DNA of 64,000 nucleotides from Sminthopsis crassicaudata (Eukaryota), in the NCBI RefSeq assembly GCF_048593235.1, contig NC_133622.1, forward strand, positions 216,721,198-216,785,197. The letters run 5' to 3'. Made by a program: the position numbers and the translations under genes. The stretch's first letter is position 1; every line of letters starts with the position of its first letter. The notes beneath the pieces are model-generated. The model was not told the DNA's origin. It was given only the letters and a program-made list of their open reading frames with translations, and searched no databases. Below are positions 49,734 to 63,419 of the stretch, in pieces.

Positions 49734-51080
49734 CTGTGGGAAAAAAACCATGCACTATTAAGAGCTCAAACAAGTGAAAGAGATCAACAGAATTTTACTT
49801 TTATATAACAAAGTAAATATTCCACTCTGCATATCGGCCCTGTCAATCCCAGGGCCTAAAGTCAGATGCTGAGCAAGATGAATGAACTCTTCTCATAGGC
49901 TTCCAAATCCACAGCCAAACCAATTCATTAATGTATGGAAATCATGCCATTAACAATGTCAAGAGAAAGAGTTCCTCTTCAATCCAGGCACTTAAGAAAA
50001 GTTCACCCATCACCTTAGACCACTCCCTCCTTCCTTCCCTAGATCTGTTTTGATACTCAGTGATCCACACAACAGACCCAATATTTTGGAATCCTCTTTG
50101 CCTCCTTCAATCCCCAGGTTGGCCCTTCTTTGCAAAGTTCCCATGTCATCACTGAGGAATTGGATATTTTGAGCTGGAATGACTTAATGAGTCACAATTC
50201 AAAGCCTTACTTTACAGATGAGAAAATTCAAGTACAAAAAGGTGGAATAAACATTTAGCCCATCATCTGGTCAATAAGCAGAAGAAATAGGATTAGGATT
50301 TGAATGTAGGTTCTTTAATTCCAGATCCAATGATAATTTCCACCACACCATGCTCTCTTCTCAGATCTGCCCATTCTGCTTTTTAAAAAAAAATCCCATC
50401 TGTCTCCTTCCCATTACCATGACTACCATTTATGCCCTTTTCATTTCATAGGATTACAAATTTAGAGCTGAAAGACAAATCAGAGGTCAAGTTCAACTTC
50501 CTCATTTAACAGATGAGGAAACTTTTGCTCTGAAAAACTAAGTGACTTGTCGAGGGACACACAGTAAGTATCTTCCTGACTAAATAAGAGACAGAGGGCA
50601 GTGGTAAGAAGAGAAAGATCTGAATCCTATGATAGGAACAATTGCCATGAAGTTAGGAGAGAAAAAGAGACAAGTTCTAGGTCTAAATATTAGATTTCAG
50701 AGAACTGGGACTTGGAATGGAAACAATGGGAATGGGAAAAAATATGGAAAGGCAGAGAATGGGGGAATCAGGGCAGGAGTAAAGCAAAGAATACTGCATT
50801 TCTGACTGAGGGAACCCAAAACAAATGAGTGTGGAAAGTATGAAGAATAGTGATTAAATTAGTCTGCTTCAAGAGAAGGGGTTTTTGAAAAAGTCTAGTA
50901 GGAATGTTGGAGCCATGTTGTAGAAGGCCTTAAGCACCAGGCTGAGAAATATAGGCACTGAAAAATGTTTTCATATGATCAATGACAACTTGCAATCTGT
51001 TTCCATTCTTATTTTTATGCTGCCCAACCCTTTCCCCACAATTATCCATGTACCCTCACTTTAAAAAGAGTCATACTTAC

Positions 51081-51149
51081 AAACTCTCTAAATTGATAGT
51101 TCCAGTCAAGTTTGGAAATCCCTGTACCATGCCTGCACCCCGAATGACT
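51081..51149 (-). CDS. LGR4: LGR4 exon 10 (69 nt; VIRGAGMVQGFPNLTGTINLESL)
   Basis: Boundaries tttaaag| and |gtaagt. Confidence 0.95.
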
Positions 51150-51458
51150 CTTTAAAAAAAAAAAAAAAGGAAAAAAGGAAGCTGAGAATTATAAAAGAAA
51201 TTCTTATAGGAGATAATATTTTATATTTGAACATTGCAATCTATTTTATTCTCATCCTAAGTCAAATTATAGAATTATCTCTGTACTAAAAACAAAATCA
51301 GCCCCAAATCCCTCCAACTAAACCTGGAATGTTGATAACTTGGCTGCAAGTATTCATGTAAACAAGTCAGTCCAAACCCATTCCAAGCAACACAGACAAA
51401 AAGAAACGGTATGACTAACAAAAACACACAATCAAAACCTTAATTAATGACTACTTAC

Positions 51459-51530
51459 AGAGAATGTAGCTCTGACAGATTGTGAAAGGCCGAGTTCCCC
51501 ACATAAGATAAAGGGTTGTCATTTAAATGG
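51459..51530 (-). CDS. LGR4: LGR4 exon 9 (72 nt; HLNDNPLSYVGNSAFHNLSELHSL)
   Basis: Boundaries ttgcag| and |gtaagt. Confidence 0.95.
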
Positions 51531-51729
51531 CTGCAAAATTATGAAAAGGTAAATTTTCCACATGTTCATAAAAGCATTCAGCATTAAATCTATCTGCATA
51601 TAGATGCCAAATACCCAAAAGACTTATCTGATATTTCCCTCTCTGTCCAGATGTCTGGCATGATTGAGGTAGCTTAGCATAATTTTACATTTAAAAAAAA
51701 AAAAAAAAAAAGCTTTTCAAAGTACTTAC

Positions 51730-51801
51730 ATGGTTTTTAAGAGTGGATTTCCACCAAATGCTCCATTAGGGATTACTGAAATGTAATTACTACGAAATCC
51801 C
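51730..51801 (-). CDS. LGR4: LGR4 exon 8 (72 nt; GFRSNYISVIPNGAFGGNPLLKTI)
   Basis: Boundaries ctttag| and |gtaagt. Confidence 0.95.
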
Positions 51802-52107
51802 CTAAAGAAAGAGAGAAACTATATTAAAATTCACATTCTATTATGAAGTTATCTTTGCTACTCTATTTTAAGTATTTAAAATACTTTAACTATATACTGT
51901 AATATAATTAAAAGTATAAAAGTCTATTTAGCTCAGTATGAAACAAAAATCACAAATAAAAAAAATAAACTCTAAAAAAGGGGAAGAAAAAAAACATTTT
52001 AAATTTTATCTCATCTTCTGGGGTTTACTAGCCCACTAAAAGGCACTGTGCCTAACTCCAAAGCCACAGTTTAATCTACAATAAAGTATCTCTCAGCATT
52101 TATGCCT

Positions 52108-52120
52108 ATGTGCATATATA

Positions 52121-52156
<36 letters not shown>

Positions 52157-52715
52157 TGTATGTATATGTATATATTGCTCTTTGATCCTAGGGTGACCTA
52201 TGGCCTTGGAGTAAAGGTATTCTTTGCCATCTCTTGGAATTTTTATCTTCCTTCAAGCTTAACTCAGGTGCTGCTTTCTATAGGAAGCCTTTGATCAAAC
52301 TGCCATCCTCTCTCTGCAAACATATATACACACCGAGATACATGTGTATGAATGTATACATACAAATACAGTATATACACTCACATATATATACATTTAT
52401 AGTATATACACAGATATATACTCATATATAGTATACAATCATAAATATATATATAGATATATGCACACATCTACTAATAAAGTATATACACTCACGTATA
52501 TGTATATGTATAATATATGTATATATTATATACAAATATATACTCACATATAGTATATATATAATCAGATATAATAGCATATATACACATATAATATATA
52601 CATAGATATATACTCACATATAATATATATACAATCATATATATACACACACACACACACACCCCGATAAAGTATATATATTCACATGTATGCACACACA
52701 CACACACACACACAC
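52108..52715. repeat. (TA)n/(TATG)n followed by long TA/CA-rich low-complexity sequence
   Basis: Simple repeats at 52108-52155 and 52320-52715, separated by an L2 fragment. Confidence 0.9.
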
Positions 52716-53257
52716 CACATTTGGTGATGAAATTATATACAAATGTCTTTGTTCAAGAGAAGAAGAAAAGTTGTTAAATGAAGGTCTCTGTCATGGAATC
52801 TGCTCCAAGCCTCAATGGGTATTGCCCTCTCTCAGTACTTATTAGATTCCAAAGACATTAGGTACCTACTATGTGCAGGTCACTGACTATTGCTGCTTTA
52901 CATCTTTGTTCATAACAACTTCTATTTTTAGGGTTCTGTTTTTATGGTGTTCATAGTCATCACAGTGGACAAGTATAGCAACTATCAAAATCCCCGGGTG
53001 CCCCTCACAATGTCTGGCACACAGGAATAGAAGGATTTTCAGAAGCCATCTAGACCAACCCTTCTCATTGGAAAGATCAGAAAACTAGGGTCTCAGAAGG
53101 TAAAGTGGTAGGGATGTAGTAGGTACTTAATAAATGCTTCCTCAGTTGTTCAATGACACGGTTCATTTAGCACAATTAGATAACTGACGCTTCACACAGG
53201 CTGGGAGCATGGTGGGAGTGATGGAAGAAAGAAACATGAAGAGAGCAAAGGACTCAC

Positions 53258-53326
53258 AGTTCCTTCAGACTTGGCAGTGCTTTAATTGCTTGAGGAAATT
53301 CTCCCAAATTGTTGTAATTCAAGTCC
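53258..53326 (-). CDS. LGR4: LGR4 exon 7 (69 nt; DLNYNNLGEFPQAIKALPSLKEL)
   Basis: Boundaries ttctag| and |gtgagt; LRR matches LGR4. Confidence 0.96.
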
Positions 53327-54553
53327 CTAGAAAGAATGTGAAAATGAAGATGAAACCAGATTGAACAATAATCACATCTTAGTAAGGCAGAGGTTTTCAT
53401 TCGCAGCCTTGGCTGAATCAGACTAAAACGTAATTGGGAAATGTTTAACAAAATAAATAAAATACAACACAGATGCTGTTAATTTGTGATTTTCTAAGTC
53501 AATATACTGTCACAGGGATCTATTTCTATTGGAATTTGATTCTAATGTTGGAAAAAAATTATATTAGTTATGACCCTGCCCTAAAACATGACATCATTCA
53601 AAAATACTACCCATTGATAACTGTTAGAGGAATCAAAACTATAAATAAAAAATTGCCAAGACTTTTCTGAGACTCACTTATAGATTTTTTTCTTTTTAAA
53701 AATCTGTCACTATGAAGTGACTGAACCCCCATAAAACCCTCCCATGGAAAAACAGGTACAAACAATATTTGAGAAACTGAGGACTAAGCCTAATGAACCC
53801 TCATGAAATTCCAGGACTGAGGTACTCTTTGCTATGGAAGCTACCATCAAAGACTTCCCATCCAGACTCAGTTTACCTAGAGTAGCTTCAGAAACTAGAA
53901 GGAGTCAAGGCAGAAACTCAAAGCTATTGGACTCATTCAGATCAGGATTATTATCCTTGTAAGAGACACAGTACCACTCTGGATGGTCATGATGTCAGCC
54001 TTATCGACTTTACTACCTGATTCTACAAAGTCACATTAGTGAAAAAAGACAAGGAGACCAGTTAGTTCTATAAGAGCATTATCAAGCCTCCACAGCTGGA
54101 TTCACAATAAGCAAAATGGGATTTAAGACATAAGGCTGTGTTTGAGTTTTAGTGAATTAACGACATGATTTTAGAATAACATTTGCAGAAATGTTACACA
54201 CACTGTATTTTAAAAATATATTTTAATTTTTTCTTCATGAAGGCTAGTTCCATTTCTCTTACATCATGAGATTGAAATCTCAATAAAACAACAATTAACA
54301 GGAAATCAACTAATTAAAATTTTCAAATCTCCACCTCTCCCCACTATGGCCCCAAAGAGAAGGAAGGTTTCTTTTCCAATCACAAATCTGAATTATTCTT
54401 GATCCTACTCCTAAGACTGTCAAAACAGAAATGATACAAAATGATCAAAAACTTATAAATAACTTATGGATTCAATAGCACATATTTTTCCTTTTATAAG
54501 TCATGAAAATGTATATCACGATCAATAAGAGAAGATAGTCAAGATATACTTAC

Positions 54554-54625
54554 AAAGTTTCCAAATTGTCTAATCCATCAAAACAGTGTTGGCCCAGGGT
54601 CTTGATTTTATTGTTATGAAGGTGC
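54554..54625 (-). CDS. LGR4: LGR4 exon 6 (72 nt; [24 protein letters not shown])
   Basis: Boundaries cctcag| and |gtaagt; single-LRR exon, phase 2-2. Confidence 0.96.
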
Positions 54626-54711
54626 CTGAGGAGGCAAAAATAAAAAACAACATATAGATATTTCTAGGCAGTAACTCTTTTAAGTACTTCAAAGACAAAG
54701 AATGGCTCCCA

Positions 54712-54853
54712 CATCCAATCAATCTGAATGTTCCCTTTAACAATGTAGATCAAGACTCCATCCATGCTTGTCCTCTGCTTAGCAATGTCTGGCACAAGAA
54801 TAAATGTTTATTGATTGAATCTTGCCCACTCCTCTCACCAAAAGTTCACCAAA
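54712..54853 (+). repeat. Copy 1 of a ~140-bp dispersed direct duplication
   Basis: About 9 differences from 56776-56916 by manual alignment. Confidence 0.9.
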
Positions 54854-56149
54854 CTAAACTAACAGGTGATTAAATCGTTGTTCAGTCAGTTCAATTACAC
54901 AGGACCCTTAGTGACCCCATTTGGCATTTTTTGGCAGAGACAATGACACAAGTCTGACCATATCATTTACTTGCAGATTATGAGCTATTCCCTAAACCTG
55001 ACCCTTTATCCTCTGTATTCATACAAGCTTTTGGCCAGGCCTGCAAAGCATTCCCTCCTCATCAGCTTCTGTCAGAATCTTTAGGGTCAGCTCAGGTGCC
55101 ACCTCCTACAAGCAGCCTTCTCTGAGCATCCCAACCACCTGCCTGACCCTCTCGCCCTCACTGCACTCCTTTACGGACACATACAGGAGAACATAAGTTC
55201 CTTGAAGGTAGGGACTTTCTCCAGTATGTCTTTGTATCTCCAGTGCCTTCCACATAAATATTTGCTTTATAGAATGAAATTCAATTGAGGGAGGTATCAT
55301 AGGATAATAATAATAAAAAAAAAAAAGCTATGGATCTGGATGTGAATCCTGACTCTTGTCACTAAATTAACTGCATGAGCTTGGACAATCGTCTGTGAGC
55401 ACTGGTTTCCTTATCACCTGACCTCTAAGATACTGCCCAGTTCTAAATCTCTGCCCATATAAAAGAGGGGAAAGGGCATTTTAATCACTAAAGTATTTAT
55501 GGGAATCCAACACAGTTTGTTTGGATTCCTTTTTTATTTAAATAAAAGGAAAATGCTGTTAACTGAATCATAAATCTAAACCATTGCAAAATCTTCATTA
55601 ATTTGCCCCCAATTATTTGTAAACAGGGGAAAGGGGCAGTTTGATCTTTAAAAAGGTCTATAACAGAAGCACTGGAATAGAATTTAATTTCTATTACCTT
55701 CTGGTATGGATAGTAAGGACCCAAACCAATACCTGGGACAAAATGTACAAGCTTGCTAAGTCCTGACCCCAAATGAATCCAAATACCATTTTGTTTTAAT
55801 GAGTCAAAGCTACAAAGAAACTCGTGATCCCCATTAAAACCCAAACCAAACATAGTCATATAGTATTTGGCTCAGCTTGAATCTATGTATACAGTATATC
55901 TGATGGCAGGGTCAGAAGGTCTCATAATGTCATAAAATCAGTTAGATATTCTCAGTTCAGGCCTCCTCCCCTCCCACTTTAACTTTTTGCCCTGGCCTCC
56001 TAAAATGGCCTCTGGGTTTTCAGCCCCTTCTCTCTCTAGCCCATCTACCTCATGGATGTCCAAATAACTTCCTAAACCAAAACCTGGCCTTGTCATTCCT
56101 TGGTTCAAAAGCCTTCAGTTGGCTCCTTGTTACTTCAAGGATAAATTTG

Positions 56150-56395
56150 TTGTTCAGCTATTTTTTAGCCGTGTCTGACTTTTTACGGCCCAGATTAGGG
56201 TTTTCTTGGCAGAGACACTGGAGTGATTTGCCACTTTCTTCTCCAGCTCATTTTACAGATGAGGAAACTGAGGCACATAAGGGGACGTGCCCAGAGATCA
56301 CATAATAATTGTATTTAAGCCAAATTTGAACTCATAAAGATTGGTCTTCTTGATTCCAAGCCCAGGACTCTTATCCAATTGCACCAAGTAACTTC
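56150..56395 (-). mobile_element. MAR1-like CORE-SINE
   Basis: ggttttcttggcagagacactggagtgatttgccac...cattttacagatgaggaaactgaggc. Confidence 0.7.
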
Positions 56396-56775
56396 CCAAA
56401 AAGACCTTCCTAAATGACAAGCCCTTTATAATATGCTTCCAGGCTACTTTTGTTGATCTATTTACCTCATTACTTCTTTCTATGTCCTCCAGATAAAGTG
56501 ACATGATTCCTATGCCCCAAGTTCAATATTTCATCTCCTGTCTCCATACCATTGCTCTTCTCCATGCCCACCTCACAGAATTAAGCACATTCAAGGCAAG
56601 TCCCATTGCAAGAACTTCCTGACTCCTGATCCCTTTTTCACACTGTTGTGCACATTCTCAGCAAGGTACATGTCGTATCTCATGACTCTGGGAAGACTAT
56701 CAGATCATAGTGTGGACAGAGATTTATTGTCTTTGTATGCCCATATCTTCCAGATACCTCTTCCCATAGCTATCT

Positions 56776-56916
56776 CATCTAATCAATCTGGATGTTCCCT
56801 TTAACAATGTAGATCAAGACTCCATCTATGTTTGTCTTTGCTTAGCAATGTCTGGCACATGAATAAATGTTTATTGATTGAATCTTGCCCAGCCCTCTCA
56901 CCAAAAGTTCACCAAA
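56776..56916 (+). repeat. Copy 2 of the ~140-bp dispersed direct duplication
   Basis: Matches 54712-54853. Confidence 0.9.
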
Positions 56917-57230
56917 GGGAGTATCCTTTTAGACTAACTTTCTCTTGTTCATCGCAAAGACCAAAGTAGATATGATTACTCACACCACAAGGGCCTAACA
57001 AATGCCTACTGAGATGATTTTGTGTGTGACCTGACCAGGGAAGTTCAACAGAATAATCACATCTCTTTTTGTCTCTTCAGTAACATGCCGGAGAAGACCA
57101 ATTACTTTTTGTAGTTACAGTTGGAAATACCAAGAGATGCCCTTCCCTCCCACTTTTCTCTCTCCATTTAGGATGGCGAGTCCTTCTTCCAACCAACTTC
57201 AGTAAGAAACTGAAGGTAGCGAGTACTTAC

Positions 57231-57446
57231 AGAACCACCAGACTTGAAAGGTTGGTAAAGGCGAAGTCAGGGATGCTTGTGATCTTGTTAAGAGCCAAGG
57301 TCAGGGCTTGGAGAGAGGGGAGGTTGCTGAGTGGTCGCACAGGCACTTCACTCAGACTGTTGTCATCCAGCCACAGATGTCGTAACTGCACGAGACCCTC
57401 AAAGCTCTCCTCAGGGACTGAGGTAATGTGGTTGGCATCTAGACGC
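57231..57446 (-). CDS. LGR4: LGR4 exon 5 (216 nt; [29 protein letters not shown]...[10 protein letters not shown])
   Basis: Boundaries gacag| and |gtaagt. Three LRRs nearly identical to LGR4. Confidence 0.97.
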
Positions 57447-58354
57447 CTGTCAGAGAAACACAACAGCCAAGTTCAAGAACACACTTTAATCGTTAAGGAA
57501 TGAGTCAATTAGTCACACAAGTCTCACAACTCAAAAAATTTGAAACTGAGAACGGAAATTGTAATGGCCTTAATAATTTGGGTAACACCTATTTCAAGAG
57601 AAATTTGTTTTTAAAAAATAAGGCCCAAGTTAGTTTCCATTAGTCACAGTATTCTCTTCTTCCACACTAAGCGGATTTATTGGTCCAACACCATGGTTTT
57701 ACTTTAAAAGTAGGAGCTATGTCAAATTTTTTTTTTTTTAATTAGACATACTTCATAGTTGCAAAACAATTTTTTTTAATCTAGCACTTTTTACTTTGTT
57801 TTAAAGTCCTGAAAACATTTAATACTTTTTAAAAAAACAGACAGAAAGCTGAAATGACATATATGGTTTACTTGAAGGGGAAATGAGCACAGTAAGACAG
57901 TTATATAGTTGGAAATGTATCTCAACTTCAAACATACATTTTCCACCATGGCTGATGTCGTAGTATAAATGGGACATAAGCAAAGAGAGCAAATGGAATA
58001 ATCCACCTATTAGAAAAAGACTTAGCTGGTGTTTCACCTGGCAGAGGACACAATGTTCCACAGATGCATGTAGCATCAGAACTGGAAGAGTTAGGAGTCC
58101 TGGGTTCTGATTTAAAATCTGTTGCTATTTGACCTTGAATAAATGATCTTTCCAGACCTTAGCATAATGCCTGGCACATAGTGGGTGCTTGATAAATTGT
58201 CAATTGACTGAAATTTTTGAAATTTTGAAAATCATGAATCTGAATTAAGTTTCTAAGATGCCTTTTAGGGGGGATCATTTGCAGGGTGGTTATGGACCAG
58301 TGGTGTCACCTCCATGGAGAAATGCCTTTCTCTGATGTAAATTATCAAATAATG

Positions 58355-58446
58355 TATAACTTGTAGTCTCAGAGAAAGGGATCTTAACCTGGGATCAAAT
58401 GGTCTATAACTTGTAGTCTCAGAGAAAGGAGTCTTAACCTGGGATC
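58355..58446. repeat. Tandem duplication with 50-bp period
   Basis: tataacttgtagtctcagagaaagg(ga/ag)tcttaacctgggatc occurs twice. Confidence 0.9.
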
Positions 58447-58595
58447 TGTGAATTTAAATATATATAGATAACTTTATTTCAATATGATTGGTTTTCTTTG
58501 TAAAATTGTGGATTTTATTTCATCTACCTAGAAACATCAGTATGAGAAAGAATAAAATGACCAAAGGAGTCCATGAAACAAAAATGTTAAGATGT
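58420..58595. mobile_element. hAT/Charlie-type MITE
   Basis: gtcttaacctgggatc...gataactttatttcaatatgattgg...gagtccatgaaacaaaaatgttaaga; same family as 63420-63750. Confidence 0.55.
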
Positions 58596-61500
58596 CAATA
58601 CAACAAATTTTTATGAAGCACTGAATCAATGCCAAGGCACAGTGCTGAGCTCTGAGGACAGAAAGTAAGGCTACAGCAATCGTTGGGTCCTTAGCGAGTT
58701 CTCTTTGCCACCAAGAGTCTTTTTTCTTGATTTTTGCCCTCTAGACTGTACTATGATTTTTATATTCCAAATTCTAGCAGAATGTCTGGAGTCATATAGA
58801 GTTGTTGAACTGATACCGCCAATCTCATGAGAAAACATTCTTGAGTTGTTGGATCCAGAACTCATGATGGCAGAATATTAAGTTGGTTTATTGCATGTTA
58901 AAGTTGGAATCAACTATAAGAACTTAACTGCTTCATTTTACAGATGAAGAAATTGGAGCCCAGCAAAATTAATATTTTTAATTATAGCCTGGAAATCATA
59001 AATACAGAAGTGAAAAGCATACTAGAGGGTGGGAAGGGAAGATTCCCCACTGGTCCCTGTAATATCAATCAGGTATAAAGTTTGTCTTTTAAGTGAAGGA
59101 GGGATCTATTTGTAAGCAATGGAAAAGAGTGCTGGGATTGAAGAGAGGAGCTCTATCAGCCACGTATGACTGAAAAAATCCAAGAGGAGCCTCCATTCTG
59201 CATCTGTTATCTGAAGGGTTTGGTGCTCCCTCTTACTGAAGTCCTTCCTTGAATTCCCTTAAGATGTTATCTCCCCTTTTTCCTTCCCCACTCTATATAC
59301 TTTGTATATAGTTTGTATTTTTACATTTCTACATGTTTCTTCTTCAGATAGAATGTAATCTTCTTGAGGACAGGGATGATATTTTTAACTCTCTAGTGTC
59401 TGCCACATGATAGGCACTTAAATAATTAACTGATCAAGAAGTACTGACTGATACTTTGTCCTTATATATCTAAAAAAGACTTGAAAAAATCCAAGCAAGA
59501 AGACAGTTGCTCTCCCAAGCATTTGGAGCTGGGAGCAAATGCTCTCAGATTCGTTTCTTTCCCCATAAGCTCCTGAATTCATCCCAGTCTCTGAGAAATT
59601 AGGTGTACCACACATTCTAGACTAACAGCACACACCTACCAAAGATCTTTAAGGGATTCTTTACGAATAATTTGTCTTCTTTACTTGAGACTTCCAGAAT
59701 TTTGTAGGTCTTTAGAATCTTTGTATGTTTCCCATTCCTCTTGCCCCAAATCTGGCTGGTGAGGACTTCCTCAAAGATCAGTTAGAAATTTTCTGCCACT
59801 TTTAAAAAATTCGAATGCACCCTTTAATCAATGTTATTTTGGGGGACAAGGGCTGTTTTTTTCCTTTTATTTCCTACATCTTCAACATTTAGTGCAGTCC
59901 CTAGCACATAGTAGGTACTTAGATGCTTATTGATTTGATTTATTTTTTCCTTATTTAACAAGATCTCATTTTAAGAGTAAAGTTTGAATTTGGCTCAATA
60001 TGATTCCCCCCCCCCCTTCCTTTTTTTTTTTTTTTTTTTTTGAAACAGATTTTTCACAATGCAAAGGTGAACTGCAGCCCATTCCCTGGACCTATGATTA
60101 GAAATCCCTATGTCATTATATTAAACCAAGTTCTACCAACAATGAATTTTTCAAGGATTGCCGTCTTCTCCTCCTCTCCCCTCCCCAATCCCTTAGCTGA
60201 CTCCTCTCAGATGGTCAATCAGCAGGACAACTGATGCTCTTCTTCCCTCTCTCAAGAAAAACAGGAAGAGGAAAACCAGAAGGAAGCTCAGAATTGAACT
60301 CTAAGAGTGCTAGTTTAAAAAAGCTGGCCAGGGAACAAGGTTTTGAAACTCTATTCAAATGGTTTGCTGTCTGTGACACCTACTGTGACCTTGGGCACTG
60401 GCAGAGGCAGCACCTACACAGAGAAAATGATAGCCTGCGAGCCTGCTGTGTGCATGGCCTAGAATCCCAGGATATCAGAGCCTAGGGGGATCTTCCAGAC
60501 TTCAGAGGGTGCTTCAGGTTACAGACCAGGACACACTGGGGGATCAACTTGGGCTTTTTACTCCCAGACTCAGTCAGGGAGTTCTCTCAGCTACCACACC
60601 CAAATGACTGCAGGACAAAGAAATGCAAAGATGGGAAGTTTCTCAAGCACCAAGAGGTTCCAAAAACTCGAGGGCCTAGAGGTTCACCAGGAAGGAAACC
60701 TCTGTCTTGTGCTTCTCTCCTTGGCCAACTATGCTGCAGAAGCTCCCACAGAGAGAACCACCTAGAAGACCCTACTTGGGCCCCAAGTGGGAATCAGAAG
60801 GTGGAGTGAGGAGCTAAGAAAGGCATAGTTTCACACATTCTCATGTCTGCTCCCAGAGAAGCTAAATCTGCTTGTTTATTTTTAATATGGTGATAACCTT
60901 TTCAGTGGTTGTTTCTTTTGTACTCTTAGGTAAATTTTATGCATCTGAACACATTATTAGCACTTTAGAGTCTCACAAAAACTTATTGGAAATTGATGTG
61001 GAATGTGGAAACTGAGGCTTAAAAGAGGTCAAATAACTTGCCACCAATCATTTGGCTAGTCCGTGTCTGAGGGAGGATTCCTGACTCTTAAGTTCTGCCC
61101 TCTATCCACATCACCACTTAGCTAGCCAAGCATGTTCTGTCTTCAGATTGCCCAGAATCATCCAGTCTTTATGTGCCAAAGGCAGGTCTTGAAGAACTTG
61201 GGGATTATCAACTCCAAAGCAACCATTCTGGCCCATATAACACACTGCTTTAAGTTAAACACGAAAACTGTACAAAATGTAACCTTTGTTAAAAAAAAAA
61301 ACAAAAAAAAAAAAAAAAAACTAAAACTTCTAGAAAGGTGGTCTCCTGTGAATCATCAAAGGGTTAATCAGTAGATCTCAGTTGATATGCAGGTGTCATA
61401 GCCCCATGAGAAACAGGTGTGCACACCCTGATCCGAGAAGAGTTTTAGCTTTCACTGAGGATCAACATTTCAGCAAAGAAATGAATTTTTTTTTTTTTAA

Positions 61501-61779
61501 GAAAAGCCTGAGGGCTCCCTCAAAGATCAGCGAGAAACTGCCTGCCTATTTTTTTCCACACCTCCCAGAAGATGAAAAGGCTTATGAGCTGACTCCCTTC
61601 TTCAATCCATATTCAATTTCTTTTATGCTGCAAGATGTTTTAAGGGGATGGTGGAACCAGTTTATCAGGAGAAACTTACAGAGGGTCCAGGGTAATTGCA
61701 GAACTGTAGGTCGATAGGTTTCTTCTGGTAGAATTTAATGAGCTCAAGGAGCCAGATCCTTTGCCTATATACATAATGA

Positions 61780-61788
61780 GCATATGTA

Positions 61789-61827
<39 letters not shown>

Positions 61828-61965
61828 ACGCACAATTGTATTGTACACATCTGTATATACCTACATATAGGTATATTTTTATATATACACACATATATAT
61901 ATATAAATGTTTGTGGATGTGTGTGTGTGTATATATGTATATATATATAAAATATAAACATGTTT
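61780..61965. repeat. Compound (TG)n/(TA)n microsatellite
   Basis: Direct reading. Confidence 0.9.
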
Positions 61966-62429
61966 AATTAAAGGGAACTTTAAAATTGGTGGCCAGTGTA
62001 TTAGAAAGAACACTGGGTCTAGAGTTGATCCAAGTCACAATCCCATCTTTGCTATTTACTACCTCCATAACCTTGGAAATCTTTCACCCCCTGCCTGGGC
62101 CTCAGTTTAGTCAATTGTAAAAATAAAGGTGAGTTATACTAAAGACCTTTCCTTTTTGGCATCCCATTCAAATATCCTTTCTCTTCAGGGCAGAACTTAA
62201 AGCCCTAAGCATCCATCCTTCTGCTATTTCTAGCCACCGTCACTCTTTAACATGCTCTCTATTCTTCTCTTTAGTAACCCCAGCTTCAGAAGGGTCACTG
62301 GAAAGTTCTTTCTTTGCAGAAATGAATCCTTGTTCCTAACTCTGGCACAAGCCAGCCAGATCACTGTGGGCAAATAAGAATCTTAACTCATTTTCGCTTC
62401 AGGTTCCCCACCTGTCCCCACATCAGAAA

Positions 62430-62690
62430 ATGTTTTAAGAATGAAGCTGCCCATGATAAATGTGGAAATATGTAGAGAAGAATTGCACATGTATAACATA
62501 TACTGCATCACTTGTTGTCCAGGGGAGAAGGGAGAGAGAAAAATTTGGAACACAAGGTTTTGCAAGGGTGAATGTTGAAAACTATATTTACATGAATTTT
62601 GAAAATAAAAGGCTATCTTTTTTAAGGGAAAAAAAGAAAACTGAAGGAAAAAAAAGAAAAAAGAAGGGGGGAAAAACTATCCTAAACTGT
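62430..62690 (+). mobile_element. LINE-1 3' UTR fragment
   Basis: Similar by eye to 30620-30790. Confidence 0.7.
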
Positions 62691-63419
62691 CACAAAGAAT
62701 TCCAAGGAAAACTTCAATTATGAACTGATCAAAATATGGTTGAAAAGATTAATCTCTTCCTAGTCCTAGTCACAGACTGTACAAAATCTCGATAATTGAA
62801 ATAATCAGAGCACAGCCAATTCATTGATTAGTTTTGTTACAAAATATAACCCAATCAGATATAGTTGACAGCACTACAGAGTAAATAACAATTTATCAAT
62901 TTGAAGATATATAATAAATGATGAAATGGTCGCTTCTGTGACATAAAAAAAAAAAAGCTATCTTTTGGGTTGTTTTAAATGTTTTCTTTTGTTGTTTTTT
63001 TTTCTTTCTTAGAACAGTACTTGGCAGTTTGGAACTGGAAAAGTCATTAGACATTAATTAAGTCTTCCAACTGCAGGCCATTCTGCCGGAAGTGAACTAA
63101 GAGATGCTAAAGCCTCCACCAGTCCTAAAATTCTAGGTTTCTAAGCTGTCCCCAAGTTCTTGGTCTGCTACCCCATGGCAGTCACACATCATTTGTGCCC
63201 ACTTTCCAAAGATTCCCCAGTCTCATGCTTACCTCCTTAACCAAGGAAACTCTAAGCTAGTCATGCTGTAAACCGCTCCCCCCACCCAAGTCAAGAACTC
63301 ACATAACTCCCCCTGTTGGGCTCTAAGTGGGAGTCTTATGGAGAGGCTAAAAAACTGATACAGTTTCATGGAACTTCCTCTCTCCCTCATGCTTCTTTCA
63401 CAGGAGTTAACCTGCAAGA

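Noticed and set aside
52344-52713. ORFs rich in Y/I/T/H here and at 27775-28273 and 61665-61967
   Set aside because: They are translations of TA/CA microsatellites.
63229-63417. Strong minus-strand donor GAG|GTAAGC near 63235 as LGR4 exon 4
   Set aside because: The upstream frames do not encode the expected LRR (TLQNNQLK...). I found no exon 4 sequence between 57447 and 64000.
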